From Candidatus Thorarchaeota archaeon (lineage in GTDB: Archaea > Asgardarchaeota > Thorarchaeia > Thorarchaeales > Thorarchaeaceae): 23,838 bases of DNA. A model generated the notes under the pieces. The model ran no database searches. It was not told where the DNA came from and saw nothing but the letters and a program-made list of their open reading frames with translations. Position numbers and translations under genes: made by a program. Positions 1 through 8,155 of the stretch are shown here, piece after piece. Numbering within the stretch: position 1 is the stretch's first letter; every line of letters starts with the position of its first letter. The DNA lies in contig JAEOUG010000086.1 of NCBI GenBank assembly GCA_016839445.1, positions 1-23,838 on the forward strand. The letters are read 5' to 3'.

Positions 1-201
1 CGGCTCCAGTTCATACCCGGAACACCGCCCAATCTCATGAACTTGCCAGAAGGCTGTAGGTTCCATCCGAGGTGCCCCTTCGCGCAGAGCATCTGTGCAA
101 CGGAGGTGCCTCCCTTTGTGGAAGTGAGTACCGGGCACTTCTGTAGATGTCATTTCGCCGGAGAGCTAGATCTTGCATCCGGGGATGGAGGTGGTCAGTA
201 G
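1..201 (+). CDS. Oligopeptide/dipeptide ABC transporter ATP-binding protein (DppD/OppD-type), C-terminal fragment, 5' truncated by the window edge
   Basis: Frame 1 reads RLQFIPGTPPNLMNLPEGCRFHPRCPFAQSICATEVPPFVEVSTGHFCRCHF...GGGQ*. This is the Cys-rich C-terminal domain (GCRFHPRC...C...C) of DppD/OppD. Its TAG stop directly abuts the ATG of the next ATPase. Not in the ORF track. Confidence 0.9.
   Translation, partial: RLQFIPGTPPNLMNLPEGCRFHPRCPFAQSICATEVPPFVEVSTGHFCRCHFAGELDLASGDGGGQ
187..193 (+). promoter_or_regulatory. Shine-Dalgarno site GGAGGTG for the ABC ATPase at 202
   Basis: GGAGGTG lies 8 nt upstream of ATG 202, inside the end of the upstream gene (translational coupling). Confidence 0.7.
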
Positions 202-1203
202 ATGGCACTAGAAGCAAGCATTCAGACGAACAGCATACTTCAGGTTGAGAACGTCAGAAAGTGGTTCCCAATAAGGACGGGACTTCTGCAGTTCGGCCAA
301 CCGGCGAAGTACGTGAAGGCAGTAGACGGGGTCAGCTTCGACGTCAGAAGAGGAGGCTCGGTCGCTATAGCCGGTGAATCCGGATGTGGCAAGACCACTC
401 TTGCCAGGACCATCCTGAGACTAGTCGAGCCCACGGCAGGGGCAGCATACTACGAAGGCGAGAACATCTTCGACATGAACAGAGAGGAACTTGCTCAGAT
501 GCGCCTGAAGATGCAGATGATCTTCCAGAATCCGTTCGAGGTTCTAGATCCGCGTCATACAGTTGAGGACCTAATCGGAGAAGGATTGGTGATTCACAAT
601 CTGGCCTCCAGCGAGGAGGAGATCTACGACAGAGTTGTCAGGTCATTGGAGGATGTACGACTCATACCTGCTGAGAGCTTCGCCACCCGCTACACTCACG
701 AGCTATCGGGAGGACAGCTGCAGCGTATTGCCATCGCGCGTTCGCTCATCTTGAAGCCAAACCTGATCATAGCAGACGAGCCGGTCTCAATGCTTGATGC
801 GAGCATCAGAACCGAAGTCATGAATCTCATGACTGACCTACAGCGCGAGAAGGAACTGACGTACATCTTCATCACGCACGACCTTGCTCAAGCTCGTTAC
901 ATCGGCGAGTACCTGATAGTCATGTACCTCGGCAAGATTGCAGAGATGGGTCCGATGGAGGAGGTCATTCAGGAGCCGCAACACCCGTACACTAAGGCAT
1001 TGGTGTCCAATATCCCAATTCCAGATCCAACCGTGAAGAAGGATCGAATCATGCTGGAAGGAGAGACCCCCACTCCAATTGACCTTCCCCCTGGATGCAG
1101 GTTCAGACCCAGATGTCAGGAGTTCGGGATACAGTGCGGGCCTGAAGAGCCTCATCTCACAGAGGTCTCTCCGGGTCACTTCGTAGCGTGCTATCTTGGC
1201 TAG
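202..1203 (+). CDS. Oligopeptide/dipeptide ABC transporter ATP-binding protein (DppF/OppF-type)
   Basis: Walker A GESGCGKT, Q-loop MIFQNP, signature LSGGQLQR, Walker B IIADEP, H-loop ITHD, HPYT motif and C-terminal GCRFRPRC...C...VAC. The VKAVDGVSF N-terminal motif is typical of OppF. Confidence 0.93.
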   Translation: MALEASIQTNSILQVENVRKWFPIRTGLLQFGQPAKYVKAVDGVSFDVRRGGSVAIAGESGCGKTTLARTILRLVEPTAGAAYYEGENIFDMNREELAQMRLKMQMIFQNPFEVLDPRHTVEDLIGEGLVIHNLASSEEEIYDRVVRSLEDVRLIPAESFATRYTHELSGGQLQRIAIARSLILKPNLIIADEPVSMLDASIRTEVMNLMTDLQREKELTYIFITHDLAQARYIGEYLIVMYLGKIAEMGPMEEVIQEPQHPYTKALVSNIPIPDPTVKKDRIMLEGETPTPIDLPPGCRFRPRCQEFGIQCGPEEPHLTEVSPGHFVACYLG

Positions 1204-1823
1204 GAACGCAGAGACCGGGCCTTGGCTCGGGCCTGGTTTGCATCTGGATGCTTACCCTGAGCGCTGAGAGAGATGGCAAGAAACTCGTGAGCCTCGGGCA
1301 TGCGTGGAGCCACTTCTGTTAGCTTGCGGAAGTAGCCCTCAGCCTCTCCTGCATCTCCTCGCCTGAGATTGATCATTCCCAGGGCAAGCCAGGACTCAAA
1401 GAACTCTGGTTTAAGCTCAATGCTCTTCCTCGCGGCCTGTTCGGACTCCTGGTCACGATTCAGCGCGAACAACACTGTTGCCAGTCCGCTCCAAGTCGTG
1501 GCGTCACGGGGATTCAACTCGAGAGACTTCCTGAAAGCTGTTTCGGCCTCAGGAAACGACTCCTTTGCCTTGAGAACACAGCCCATCAGGTTCCAGGTGT
1601 CAGCACCATTCCTCAGCTCCAGTGCCTTGGTAGCAGACTCCATGGCTTCTGGGAGTTTCTGTTGCGAGAGCTGACATCGACCTAGCATCATCCAGTTACT
1701 GTATCGGTCAGGCTCTAGAGCAATGAGCTTGTCAAAGGTTGCCTCTGCCTCAGCCCATCTAGCCGTACTTAGCAGTTGTATCGCTTTCTCAAAGAGGTCC
1801 CATTTCTCTTCATCAGCACTCAA
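1200..1823 (-). CDS. Tetratricopeptide repeat (TPR) protein, about 207 aa
   Basis: Five to six tandem ~34-aa helical repeats (W..LG...., A...F.K.LEL.P). Start reassigned to TTG at 1823 because GGAGG lies 7 nt upstream (1831-1835). The 1907 start in the track runs through an RNA hairpin. Confidence 0.88.
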   Translation of the reverse strand: MSADEEKWDLFEKAIQLLSTARWAEAEATFDKLIALEPDRYSNWMMLGRCQLSQQKLPEAMESATKALELRNGADTWNLMGCVLKAKESFPEAETAFRKSLELNPRDATTWSGLATVLFALNRDQESEQAARKSIELKPEFFESWLALGMINLRRGDAGEAEGYFRKLTEVAPRMPEAHEFLAISLSAQGKHPDANQARAKARSLRS

Positions 1824-1854
1824 GTTCGTTCCTCCGGTGTCAGAACCTAACGGG

Positions 1855-1906
1855 AAAAGCGTGTGGCCGTGGGGTCCTGTGAATCCAGGTCTGACCCCAC
1901 AGCACA
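1855..1906 (-). terminator. GC-rich stem-loop followed by a U-tract, between the microprotein and TPR genes
   Basis: Minus strand UGUGCUGUGGGGUC-agacCUGgauucaCAG-GACCCCACGGC(C)ACA: about 14-bp outer stem with one bulge and a short inner stem, followed by CGCUUUUCCC. It starts about 10 nt after the stop at 1916. Confidence 0.55.
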
Positions 1907-1915
1907 TAAGTTGTT

Positions 1916-2068
1916 CTAGAGCTCAACTGGTCTGCAGAGGTACTCCTTCTTCTTGGCAGCCCTGCCGCAGACTTCGCAGATGAACTTGGGATCCTTAACG
2001 CGCGCTCTCATCTCATCAACGCCGTGATGACGAGAGAACTCGCACATGTGGTCTTCATGACTACCCAA
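1916..2068 (-). CDS. Small (50 aa) Cys/His-rich putative zinc/metal-binding protein
   Basis: TTG start with GGAGG 7 nt upstream (2076-2080). Translation: MGSHEDHMCEFSRHHGVDEMRARVKDPKFICEVCGRAAKKKEYLCRPVEL*, with HxC...CxxCGR...LCxP. Below the ORF-track cutoff. Confidence 0.8.
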   Translation of the reverse strand: MGSHEDHMCEFSRHHGVDEMRARVKDPKFICEVCGRAAKKKEYLCRPVEL

Positions 2069-2180
2069 TCTGATTCCTCCGTTGCTCATGATTCCGGTGT
2101 CTTCGAAATAAAGATTGGGAAATGGAACAAGAGGGTGTAATCTTTATGTGGGCCCGACTTGATGAGCGGCAGAGATACCC

Positions 2181-3467
2181 ATGATAGAAGAGCCTAGGAA
2201 GCCACAAGTGAGCGACTGGCGGGCCCTGCGATGGATCTATATCTCCGCGACTCTCTGCAGTTTCGGCTTCTTTGTAGTCGGCTTCATTCTTCCCATTATC
2301 GCCTACAGCGGGATGGGCGCCAGTCCAATCCAAGTGGCCCTAGTGTTCTCGATGCTGACACTGGGCTCCGCGCTCTTTTCACCAGTGGCAGGCAGGCTGG
2401 CTAAGGCTGAAAGGAGACGTCCATCGATTGGACTAGGGGCAACGATTCGAGCAGCGGCATACTTGGGTATGGCGGGCTCAGTGATTCTAAACGACATCAC
2501 GGTCCTTACTCTCAACAGCCTTCTCTGGGGTGTGGGAGCTTCGCTGCACAGAGTTGGGGTCGATGCTGAGGTCTCAGAGAGAGTCCTCACCAACAATAGG
2601 TCTGAGGCGTTCGGACACCTACAGGCATCGTACGGTAGGGGAAGTGTCATTGGAGCTGTGATTGGATTCGGGCTGCTACTCAATGGCGCCGGTGTCGTAT
2701 TGGTGTTGGTCTTCTTCGCAGTTGTCAACCTGATCGGAGGCGCTGTCGTTGTCATGGACAGACGTGCCCCTGCCGAAAGAGCCATGCGAGAGAGCCTTGA
2801 TGCCAAGGCTGCCATTGGTCTCGGCATAGCAGCGCTCGTGATTGCGGCTGCACTTGACACCTTCATTTCGGCTGTTCTATCACCGTTCGTTGAGCTCTAC
2901 ATTCTGGCCGAATTCACTCAAGACATCGCATCGGTCGCTCTTGTCTATCTCCCGGGAGGCATCATCTCTGCAGTTGGAGGCGGATACATGGGCAGATTTG
3001 CGGACCATGCAAGCAAGATTGCAATCGTGTCGGCGGCCGTAATCGTTGGTGCCATCAGCACGCTGGGTCTGGTCTTCGTCCCCACCATCTTTGCTGGAAT
3101 AGCTCTCTCTCTAGGTGAAGTGGTGGTCCCTCTGGACCTGCTAATGGTGGCTTTTCTCTTCAGTATTAGCAGCATAACCGGAATTCTTGCATACACTGTG
3201 ATGTCATCGGTCTTCGGAACTGCCTATCAAGGGAGAGCAAGTGAGGGCTTCGGGATGTTCGAGGGGGCCATGGGAGTCTCTAGGTTCGTGGGGCCCATCG
3301 TTGGTGGCGCGATGTGGGAGGCGACCAGCAACCCTGCATCTCCCTTCCTGCTAGTCGGCTTCTCAGGATTCGCGCTCGTGCCCCTCTACGTGTACGGCAT
3401 GAGAAAATACGAAGAAGTAGCGAGTGGCCATGGGGTTGCTGAATTGGATAGTACACAAGACATATAG
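2181..3467 (+). CDS. Major facilitator superfamily (MFS) transporter
   Basis: About 12 hydrophobic segments. MFS motif-A-like loops (AGRLAKAERRR, GRFADHASK) and the late GRASEGFG...GPIVGG motif. Confidence 0.88.
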   Translation: MIEEPRKPQVSDWRALRWIYISATLCSFGFFVVGFILPIIAYSGMGASPIQVALVFSMLTLGSALFSPVAGRLAKAERRRPSIGLGATIRAAAYLGMAGSVILNDITVLTLNSLLWGVGASLHRVGVDAEVSERVLTNNRSEAFGHLQASYGRGSVIGAVIGFGLLLNGAGVVLVLVFFAVVNLIGGAVVVMDRRAPAERAMRESLDAKAAIGLGIAALVIAAALDTFISAVLSPFVELYILAEFTQDIASVALVYLPGGIISAVGGGYMGRFADHASKIAIVSAAVIVGAISTLGLVFVPTIFAGIALSLGEVVVPLDLLMVAFLFSISSITGILAYTVMSSVFGTAYQGRASEGFGMFEGAMGVSRFVGPIVGGAMWEATSNPASPFLLVGFSGFALVPLYVYGMRKYEEVASGHGVAELDSTQDI

Positions 3468-3513
3468 CAGACCTCACTGAGCTGGCATTCAGAATACCCA
3501 CGAGGAATGCCTA

Positions 3514-4518
3514 ATGACTGTGAAAGTAGGTATCAACGGCTTTGGAAGAATAGGACGCGGCTTTCTCCGAGCTTCCCTGGAGAAGAAGGGATACGAGATT
3601 GTCGCGGCGAATGATCTGACCGATGATGACACATTGGCTCATCTCATGAAGTATGATACAGTAATGGGTCCTTTTCAAGGAACAGTTGAAGTTGGCTCGA
3701 ACGAGATTATCGTGAACAAGAAGACCATCAAGACACTTCAGGAACGTGACCCAGCCAAGCTACCTTGTGGAGATCTGGGAGTTGACATTGTCATTGAATC
3801 TACAGGCTTCTTCAGAAAGAAAGAGGACGCCGAAAAGCACCTGAAAGCAGGGGCAAAGAAGGTACTCATCAGTGCTCCTGGAAAGGGAGAGATGCTCACA
3901 GTTGTGCCGGGAGTAAACGATGCCGCGTACAATCCTGACAAACACCATGTGATATCAAACGCATCATGCACGACCAATTGCCTGGCTCCAATGGTCAAGG
4001 TGATCGATGAGGGTTTTGGAATCGTGAAGGGTCTAATGACCACAATTCACGCAGTGACCAACGACCAAATCATGTTGGACGGACCTCACAAAGACCTGAG
4101 GCGAGCACGTGCTGCGTGTTGGAACATTGTCCCGACTACAACCGGGGCGGCAAAGGCCCTGGGTCTTGTTTACCCGAAGGCAGAAGGCAAACTGGATGGC
4201 ATGGCACTGCGAGTGCCAGTTATGGACGCCTCACTAGTCGACCTGAGTGTGATTGTGCAGAAGGCAGCCGATGTGGAGAGTGTTAATGAAGCCTTCAAGC
4301 AGGCAGCTGCCAAGGGAGACCGTGCACCATACCTAGCATACTCAGACGAACCACTGGTCTCTTCGGACTATATAGGAAACCCGAGTTCATGCACCTTTGA
4401 CTCCCTTCTCACAATGGTCAATGGCGACATGGTCAAGGCATTTGGCTGGTATGACAACGAAGCAGGATACAGTCACAGGCTTGCAGACCTCACCGAAGTT
4501 GTAGCGAAGAAGCTCTGA
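3514..4518 (+). CDS. gap: Type I (bacterial/eukaryote-type) glyceraldehyde-3-phosphate dehydrogenase
   Basis: GINGFGRIGR Rossmann motif, catalytic SNASCTTNCLAP, TTIH, DLRRARAA, PTTTGAAKA and WYDNE. The NDLT and DGPH residues fit NAD specificity. Confidence 0.96.
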   Translation: MTVKVGINGFGRIGRGFLRASLEKKGYEIVAANDLTDDDTLAHLMKYDTVMGPFQGTVEVGSNEIIVNKKTIKTLQERDPAKLPCGDLGVDIVIESTGFFRKKEDAEKHLKAGAKKVLISAPGKGEMLTVVPGVNDAAYNPDKHHVISNASCTTNCLAPMVKVIDEGFGIVKGLMTTIHAVTNDQIMLDGPHKDLRRARAACWNIVPTTTGAAKALGLVYPKAEGKLDGMALRVPVMDASLVDLSVIVQKAADVESVNEAFKQAAAKGDRAPYLAYSDEPLVSSDYIGNPSSCTFDSLLTMVNGDMVKAFGWYDNEAGYSHRLADLTEVVAKKL

Positions 4519-4563
4519 TAGTGAGCTTCTTCCTCACTCTCGAGAGAGGGGAGTTGATCACTG

Positions 4564-5538
4564 GTGGTTCAAGAGCCCATCAGTAGAATAGACGTTCAGA
4601 GCGGCACCCTGTACTTCAGAGGACATTCTGCAGTAGAGCTAGCCACAGACAGGAAGTTCGAGGACGTGCTCTACTTGTTGGTTCATGGAGTCTTGCCTGA
4701 ACCCGGAGAGAGAGATGCCTTGTCTCTAAGCCTTGTCAGCAAGAGAGAGGCCAGCCTGGTCCCTCCATCGGGTTCATCTCTTGTCTCACTGGCTGAGGGA
4801 ATGGAAGGTGTGGAGAAGGAGCCATACGAGAAGCTGCTCGGTCTCGTCGCAGCAATCCCAATTGCAGTGGCAAGCGCATACAGAGCATCGAATGGGAGAG
4901 AAGCAGTTCCTCAGAACGCCAGCCTTAACCATGCAGCCAACCTCCTATGGATGCTCACCGGCATCGAACAAGCCGAACGAAACATCAGGGACTTCGAGAC
5001 ATGTCTCATTCTTCATATGGATGACCCAGAGAACCCTTCACTCAGTCGACTTCTTCAGGCCCTCAATGAGGGAGGCTCCATAGCAGTAGCAGTTGGAACA
5101 GCACTCAGAGCACATGGAGACCCCCTTCACCACGGGGCGGGAAGCTTGGCGGCAAATATGGTCCTAAGTCTCGCACAGGAGGACGACCTGCATGAAGCGA
5201 TGGCAGAGAAACTGGACAGGGGCGAGCGGCTCTACGGACTCGGGCACAGAATCTATCGCACTATGGACCCACGGGCAAAGGAGCTCCGCAGGATACTGGT
5301 TTCTAGGACAAAAGGCACTGACATGAGTTGGCTTCCCAATCATGTCGAGGATGTGGCCAAGGCCGGCGCTGATGTTCTCCTAGAAAGGAAAGGACTCGTA
5401 GTTCATCCAAACGTGGATCTCTACAACGCTCTGGTATATTCGACATTCGGGTTGGCCACGGACGTCAATACGCAGCTCTTCGCAGTCTCCAGAGCGGCTG
5501 GTTGGACTGCACACACAGTCGAATTCCTAGGTATCTAG
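4564..5538 (+). CDS. Citrate synthase-fold protein (citrate/2-methylcitrate synthase family), divergent
   Basis: ISRID..G.LYFRG N-terminus, YGLGHRIY..DPRA, PNVD and SRAAGW motifs. LHADH is changed to LHMDD, GPLHGGA to DPLHHGA, and the C-terminal arm is missing. Confidence 0.8.
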   Translation: MVQEPISRIDVQSGTLYFRGHSAVELATDRKFEDVLYLLVHGVLPEPGERDALSLSLVSKREASLVPPSGSSLVSLAEGMEGVEKEPYEKLLGLVAAIPIAVASAYRASNGREAVPQNASLNHAANLLWMLTGIEQAERNIRDFETCLILHMDDPENPSLSRLLQALNEGGSIAVAVGTALRAHGDPLHHGAGSLAANMVLSLAQEDDLHEAMAEKLDRGERLYGLGHRIYRTMDPRAKELRRILVSRTKGTDMSWLPNHVEDVAKAGADVLLERKGLVVHPNVDLYNALVYSTFGLATDVNTQLFAVSRAAGWTAHTVEFLGI

Positions 5539-5625
5539 AATCGATTAGCCCAGAAGGATGGCGAATTCGTCCAGTAAGAGAAGACTTTTGACCCACATCA
5601 ATTCAACTCATGTTGAGGCTCCGCA

Positions 5626-6810
5626 ATGTTCGCAATCGTCAATGGCACCATCATGTGCCCTGTCAATGGCAAGATAGAGAATGCTAGCATCGTCTTCGAC
5701 AAGAAGATCATTGCAGTTGGCAAGAATATCGACATCCCAAAGGACGCGAAGAAGATTGACGCCAACGGGAAGTACATCGTCCCTGGATTCATCGATGCCC
5801 ACACTCATCAAGGGCTCTTCGATGGATCAATCGGGTCCGCAGGATTGGACGGAAACGAGAGCACAAATCCAGTCACTCCGGAGATACGTGGGATCGACTC
5901 CTTCTATCCGTTCGAGCCCTCTCTCAAAGAAGTTGTGATGGGCGGCGTGACCTGCATAAACACAGGTCCCGGATCTGCAAACGTTATCTCAGGACAGGCC
6001 TTCGTCGTGAAGCCACTCGGGACCGGTGTTGTTGACGATATGATAGTCATGGCGCCGTCAGGCCTCAAGGTCGCCTTGGGTGAGAACCCGAAGCGTGTGT
6101 ACGGAGAACAGAAGAAGACACCCACAACCAGAATGGGTGTTGCCTCTCTGCTTAGGAAGACCTTCACTGACGGACAGAACTATCTCAATGAATGGCAGAA
6201 CTTCGGCGAGAAAGCACGCGCAGCCAAGGAGAATGGTGAAGCACCACCTGCAGCTCCCAAGCGGGACCTCGGAATGGAAGTCATCGCCAAGGTACTCAAG
6301 CGCGAGATACCACTTCACGCTCATGCGCACCGCGCGGATGACATAGCCACAATCATCAGAATCGCTGAAGAATTCAACCTCAGGCTTGTCCTCATTCACT
6401 GCACGGAAGGTCATAAGATTGCGAAGGCTATAGCCAAGTCGAAGGCACCTGCGGTTGTTGGTCCAACAATATACTGGGTAAGCAAGCCAGAAACACGAGA
6501 ACGCGGATTTGAGACCGCAGTTGCGTTGCACAAGGCCGGTGTCAAGGTCGCTCTGCAGACCGATTCACTCACGCCCATGCTTCACTTCCCACTTCTCCCA
6601 ATGTATGTAATCAAGCACGGGATGAAAGAAGACGATGCTCTGAAGTGCGTCACTATGAACCCTGCAGAGATACTCGACATTCAGGACAGAGTTGGCTCGC
6701 TGGAGCCAGGAAAGGATGCAGATGTGGTCCTCTGGTCAGGCCATCCATTCGATTTCTACAGCAAGGTCGAGCAAGTATTCATTGATGGGAAGTCCATCAA
6801 GTTTGACTGA
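5626..6810 (+). CDS. Metal-dependent amidohydrolase (TIM-barrel amidohydrolase superfamily)
   Basis: PGFIDAHTH (HxH), LKVALGENPK, HAHRADD, HCTEG, TD, NPA and GSLEPGKDAD. Confidence 0.9.
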   Translation: MFAIVNGTIMCPVNGKIENASIVFDKKIIAVGKNIDIPKDAKKIDANGKYIVPGFIDAHTHQGLFDGSIGSAGLDGNESTNPVTPEIRGIDSFYPFEPSLKEVVMGGVTCINTGPGSANVISGQAFVVKPLGTGVVDDMIVMAPSGLKVALGENPKRVYGEQKKTPTTRMGVASLLRKTFTDGQNYLNEWQNFGEKARAAKENGEAPPAAPKRDLGMEVIAKVLKREIPLHAHAHRADDIATIIRIAEEFNLRLVLIHCTEGHKIAKAIAKSKAPAVVGPTIYWVSKPETRERGFETAVALHKAGVKVALQTDSLTPMLHFPLLPMYVIKHGMKEDDALKCVTMNPAEILDIQDRVGSLEPGKDADVVLWSGHPFDFYSKVEQVFIDGKSIKFD

Positions 6811-6833
6811 ACAGCGCCAAGGAGAATTCAGGG

Positions 6834-7202
6834 ATGAACCAGGGCAGAGTTGTTGCCGGACTCGTAGTCACTCTCATCGGTGTCCTTGCGTTCTGGGCCT
6901 CGATGCAGATGCTGTTCACGGACATCTTGAGCATGGACTGGGCTCTCTGGACCATTCTTCTGGTCATTGGCTCAGTGGGGATAGGAGTTGGCCCAGTAGT
7001 GGCGATTGTCGCATATGTTAAGTCAACTGTGGAGCAACAGACATGGGCTCAGACGGAACCACAGCAGGTCTACTCGCTTCCACAGCGATGTAAGGAGTGC
7101 GGAAGTGAAATCGGTCTTCACCACTTGGAGTGGATTGGTCCTGATGAGGCCCGATGTCCATACTGCTCTGCGGCAGTTCCAGTCAGAAGGACAGGGTTCT
7201 AG
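6834..7202 (+). CDS. Small membrane protein with two TM helices and a C-terminal zinc ribbon
   Basis: Two hydrophobic helices (about residues 6-27 and 36-61), then CKECG...CPYC. A GGAG lies upstream. Confidence 0.78.
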   Translation: MNQGRVVAGLVVTLIGVLAFWASMQMLFTDILSMDWALWTILLVIGSVGIGVGPVVAIVAYVKSTVEQQTWAQTEPQQVYSLPQRCKECGSEIGLHHLEWIGPDEARCPYCSAAVPVRRTGF

Positions 7203-8095
7203 AAGGGCCAGCCCTCTATCGCCTTGGCGACTCGAGACTTCTCGTCGTTGCCAAGACTGTGGATTGGAGGTCTGCAGTCGCCCCCATTCAGACCCCGCAG
7301 GTCAAGAGCAGCCTTGATGACAGGCACGTTATTGGCAGCCCCTCGTTCCTCACGAAGGAACTCCAGATCTGCAATCATATGCTGGATCGAGATAGCCTCC
7401 GAGTAGTCCTCTATACGGAGAGCCTCCAACATGGAGAGGGAGACTTTGGGTGCGAAATTCCCGAGCCCAGAAGTGAATCCTTCTGCGCCTGCGAGCCAGA
7501 AGAAAGGCGCAAATCGCTCAGCCGTGCCGCATGACCAGGCAATCCCAGACCCGACGGTCTGCACTGTGCGAGCAAAGTCTACAATCCTCCCGAAGGCGTA
7601 CTTCACACCAACCAGGCGTTCATGTCCAGCTAGTTCTGCAAGGACTCTGTCTGACAGGAGCGGACCCTTCTTGTACAGGACAACTCCTATCTTCGCGGCA
7701 TCGAGAATCTTGACGAAGTAATCCCTGATTCCCTCTTCCGAGCTGAAGACGTGCTGTGGGTACATGACCATGACCATCTCTGCGCCCTCCTTTTCGGCGT
7801 ACGCAAGCTGTTCATGTGCCGTTGTGATTGATCCACCGATTCCAGGCATAACGAGAGTACCCGGAGAAACGGCGCTCATGGTAGCATCTACGACACGCCG
7901 CCACTCAGACTCTGAGAGGGAGTAGTACTCGCCGGTGTTCCCACACGGAACAACCAGATCGATTCCGCTGCTCGTGAGGTATTGCAGATTCTGTTCCAGC
8001 CCCGCTTCGTCAATATCGCCAAGATTGTCAGTGAAGGGTGTCGCTGTTGTGACTGAAACACTCCTTAGGGAGTCCCTGAGCTTCTCGATGTCCAT
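7199..8095 (-). CDS. Dihydrodipicolinate synthase (DapA)/class I aldolase family lyase
   Basis: TPF, GNTGE, catalytic Tyr (VVLY), Schiff-base Lys (GVKYA), GAEGFTSGLGNF and CRPP. Start placed at ATG 8095 (MDIEKL); the track start of 8125 is possible. Confidence 0.88.
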   Translation of the reverse strand: MDIEKLRDSLRSVSVTTATPFTDNLGDIDEAGLEQNLQYLTSSGIDLVVPCGNTGEYYSLSESEWRRVVDATMSAVSPGTLVMPGIGGSITTAHEQLAYAEKEGAEMVMVMYPQHVFSSEEGIRDYFVKILDAAKIGVVLYKKGPLLSDRVLAELAGHERLVGVKYAFGRIVDFARTVQTVGSGIAWSCGTAERFAPFFWLAGAEGFTSGLGNFAPKVSLSMLEALRIEDYSEAISIQHMIADLEFLREERGAANNVPVIKAALDLRGLNGGDCRPPIHSLGNDEKSRVAKAIEGWPF

Positions 8096-8155
8096 TTGAC
8101 CACATCGCATCTGTTGACCAGGCATCAGATATACTCAGTGCTTTGGAGAGGCCTG

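Noticed and set aside
1862-1906. Hairpin as a possible SECIS element or tRNA fragment
   Set aside because: No AUGA/GA quartet or apical AA pattern, no in-frame TGA in the neighbouring genes and no cloverleaf. A terminator or stabiliser is the simpler reading.
1824-1907. N-terminal extension of the TPR ORF (MCCGVRPG...)
   Set aside because: It overlaps a stable hairpin, and an SD-supported TTG start exists at 1823.
4528-4553. Weak hairpin after gap
   Set aside because: It has a mismatch and G-U pairs, no U-tract, and overlaps the purine-rich RBS region of the next gene, so it is not reported as a terminator.
7199-8095. Calling the gene dapA (lysine biosynthesis)
   Set aside because: The motifs deviate from true DHDPS and there is no dapB/asd/lysC context, so only a family-level call is supported.
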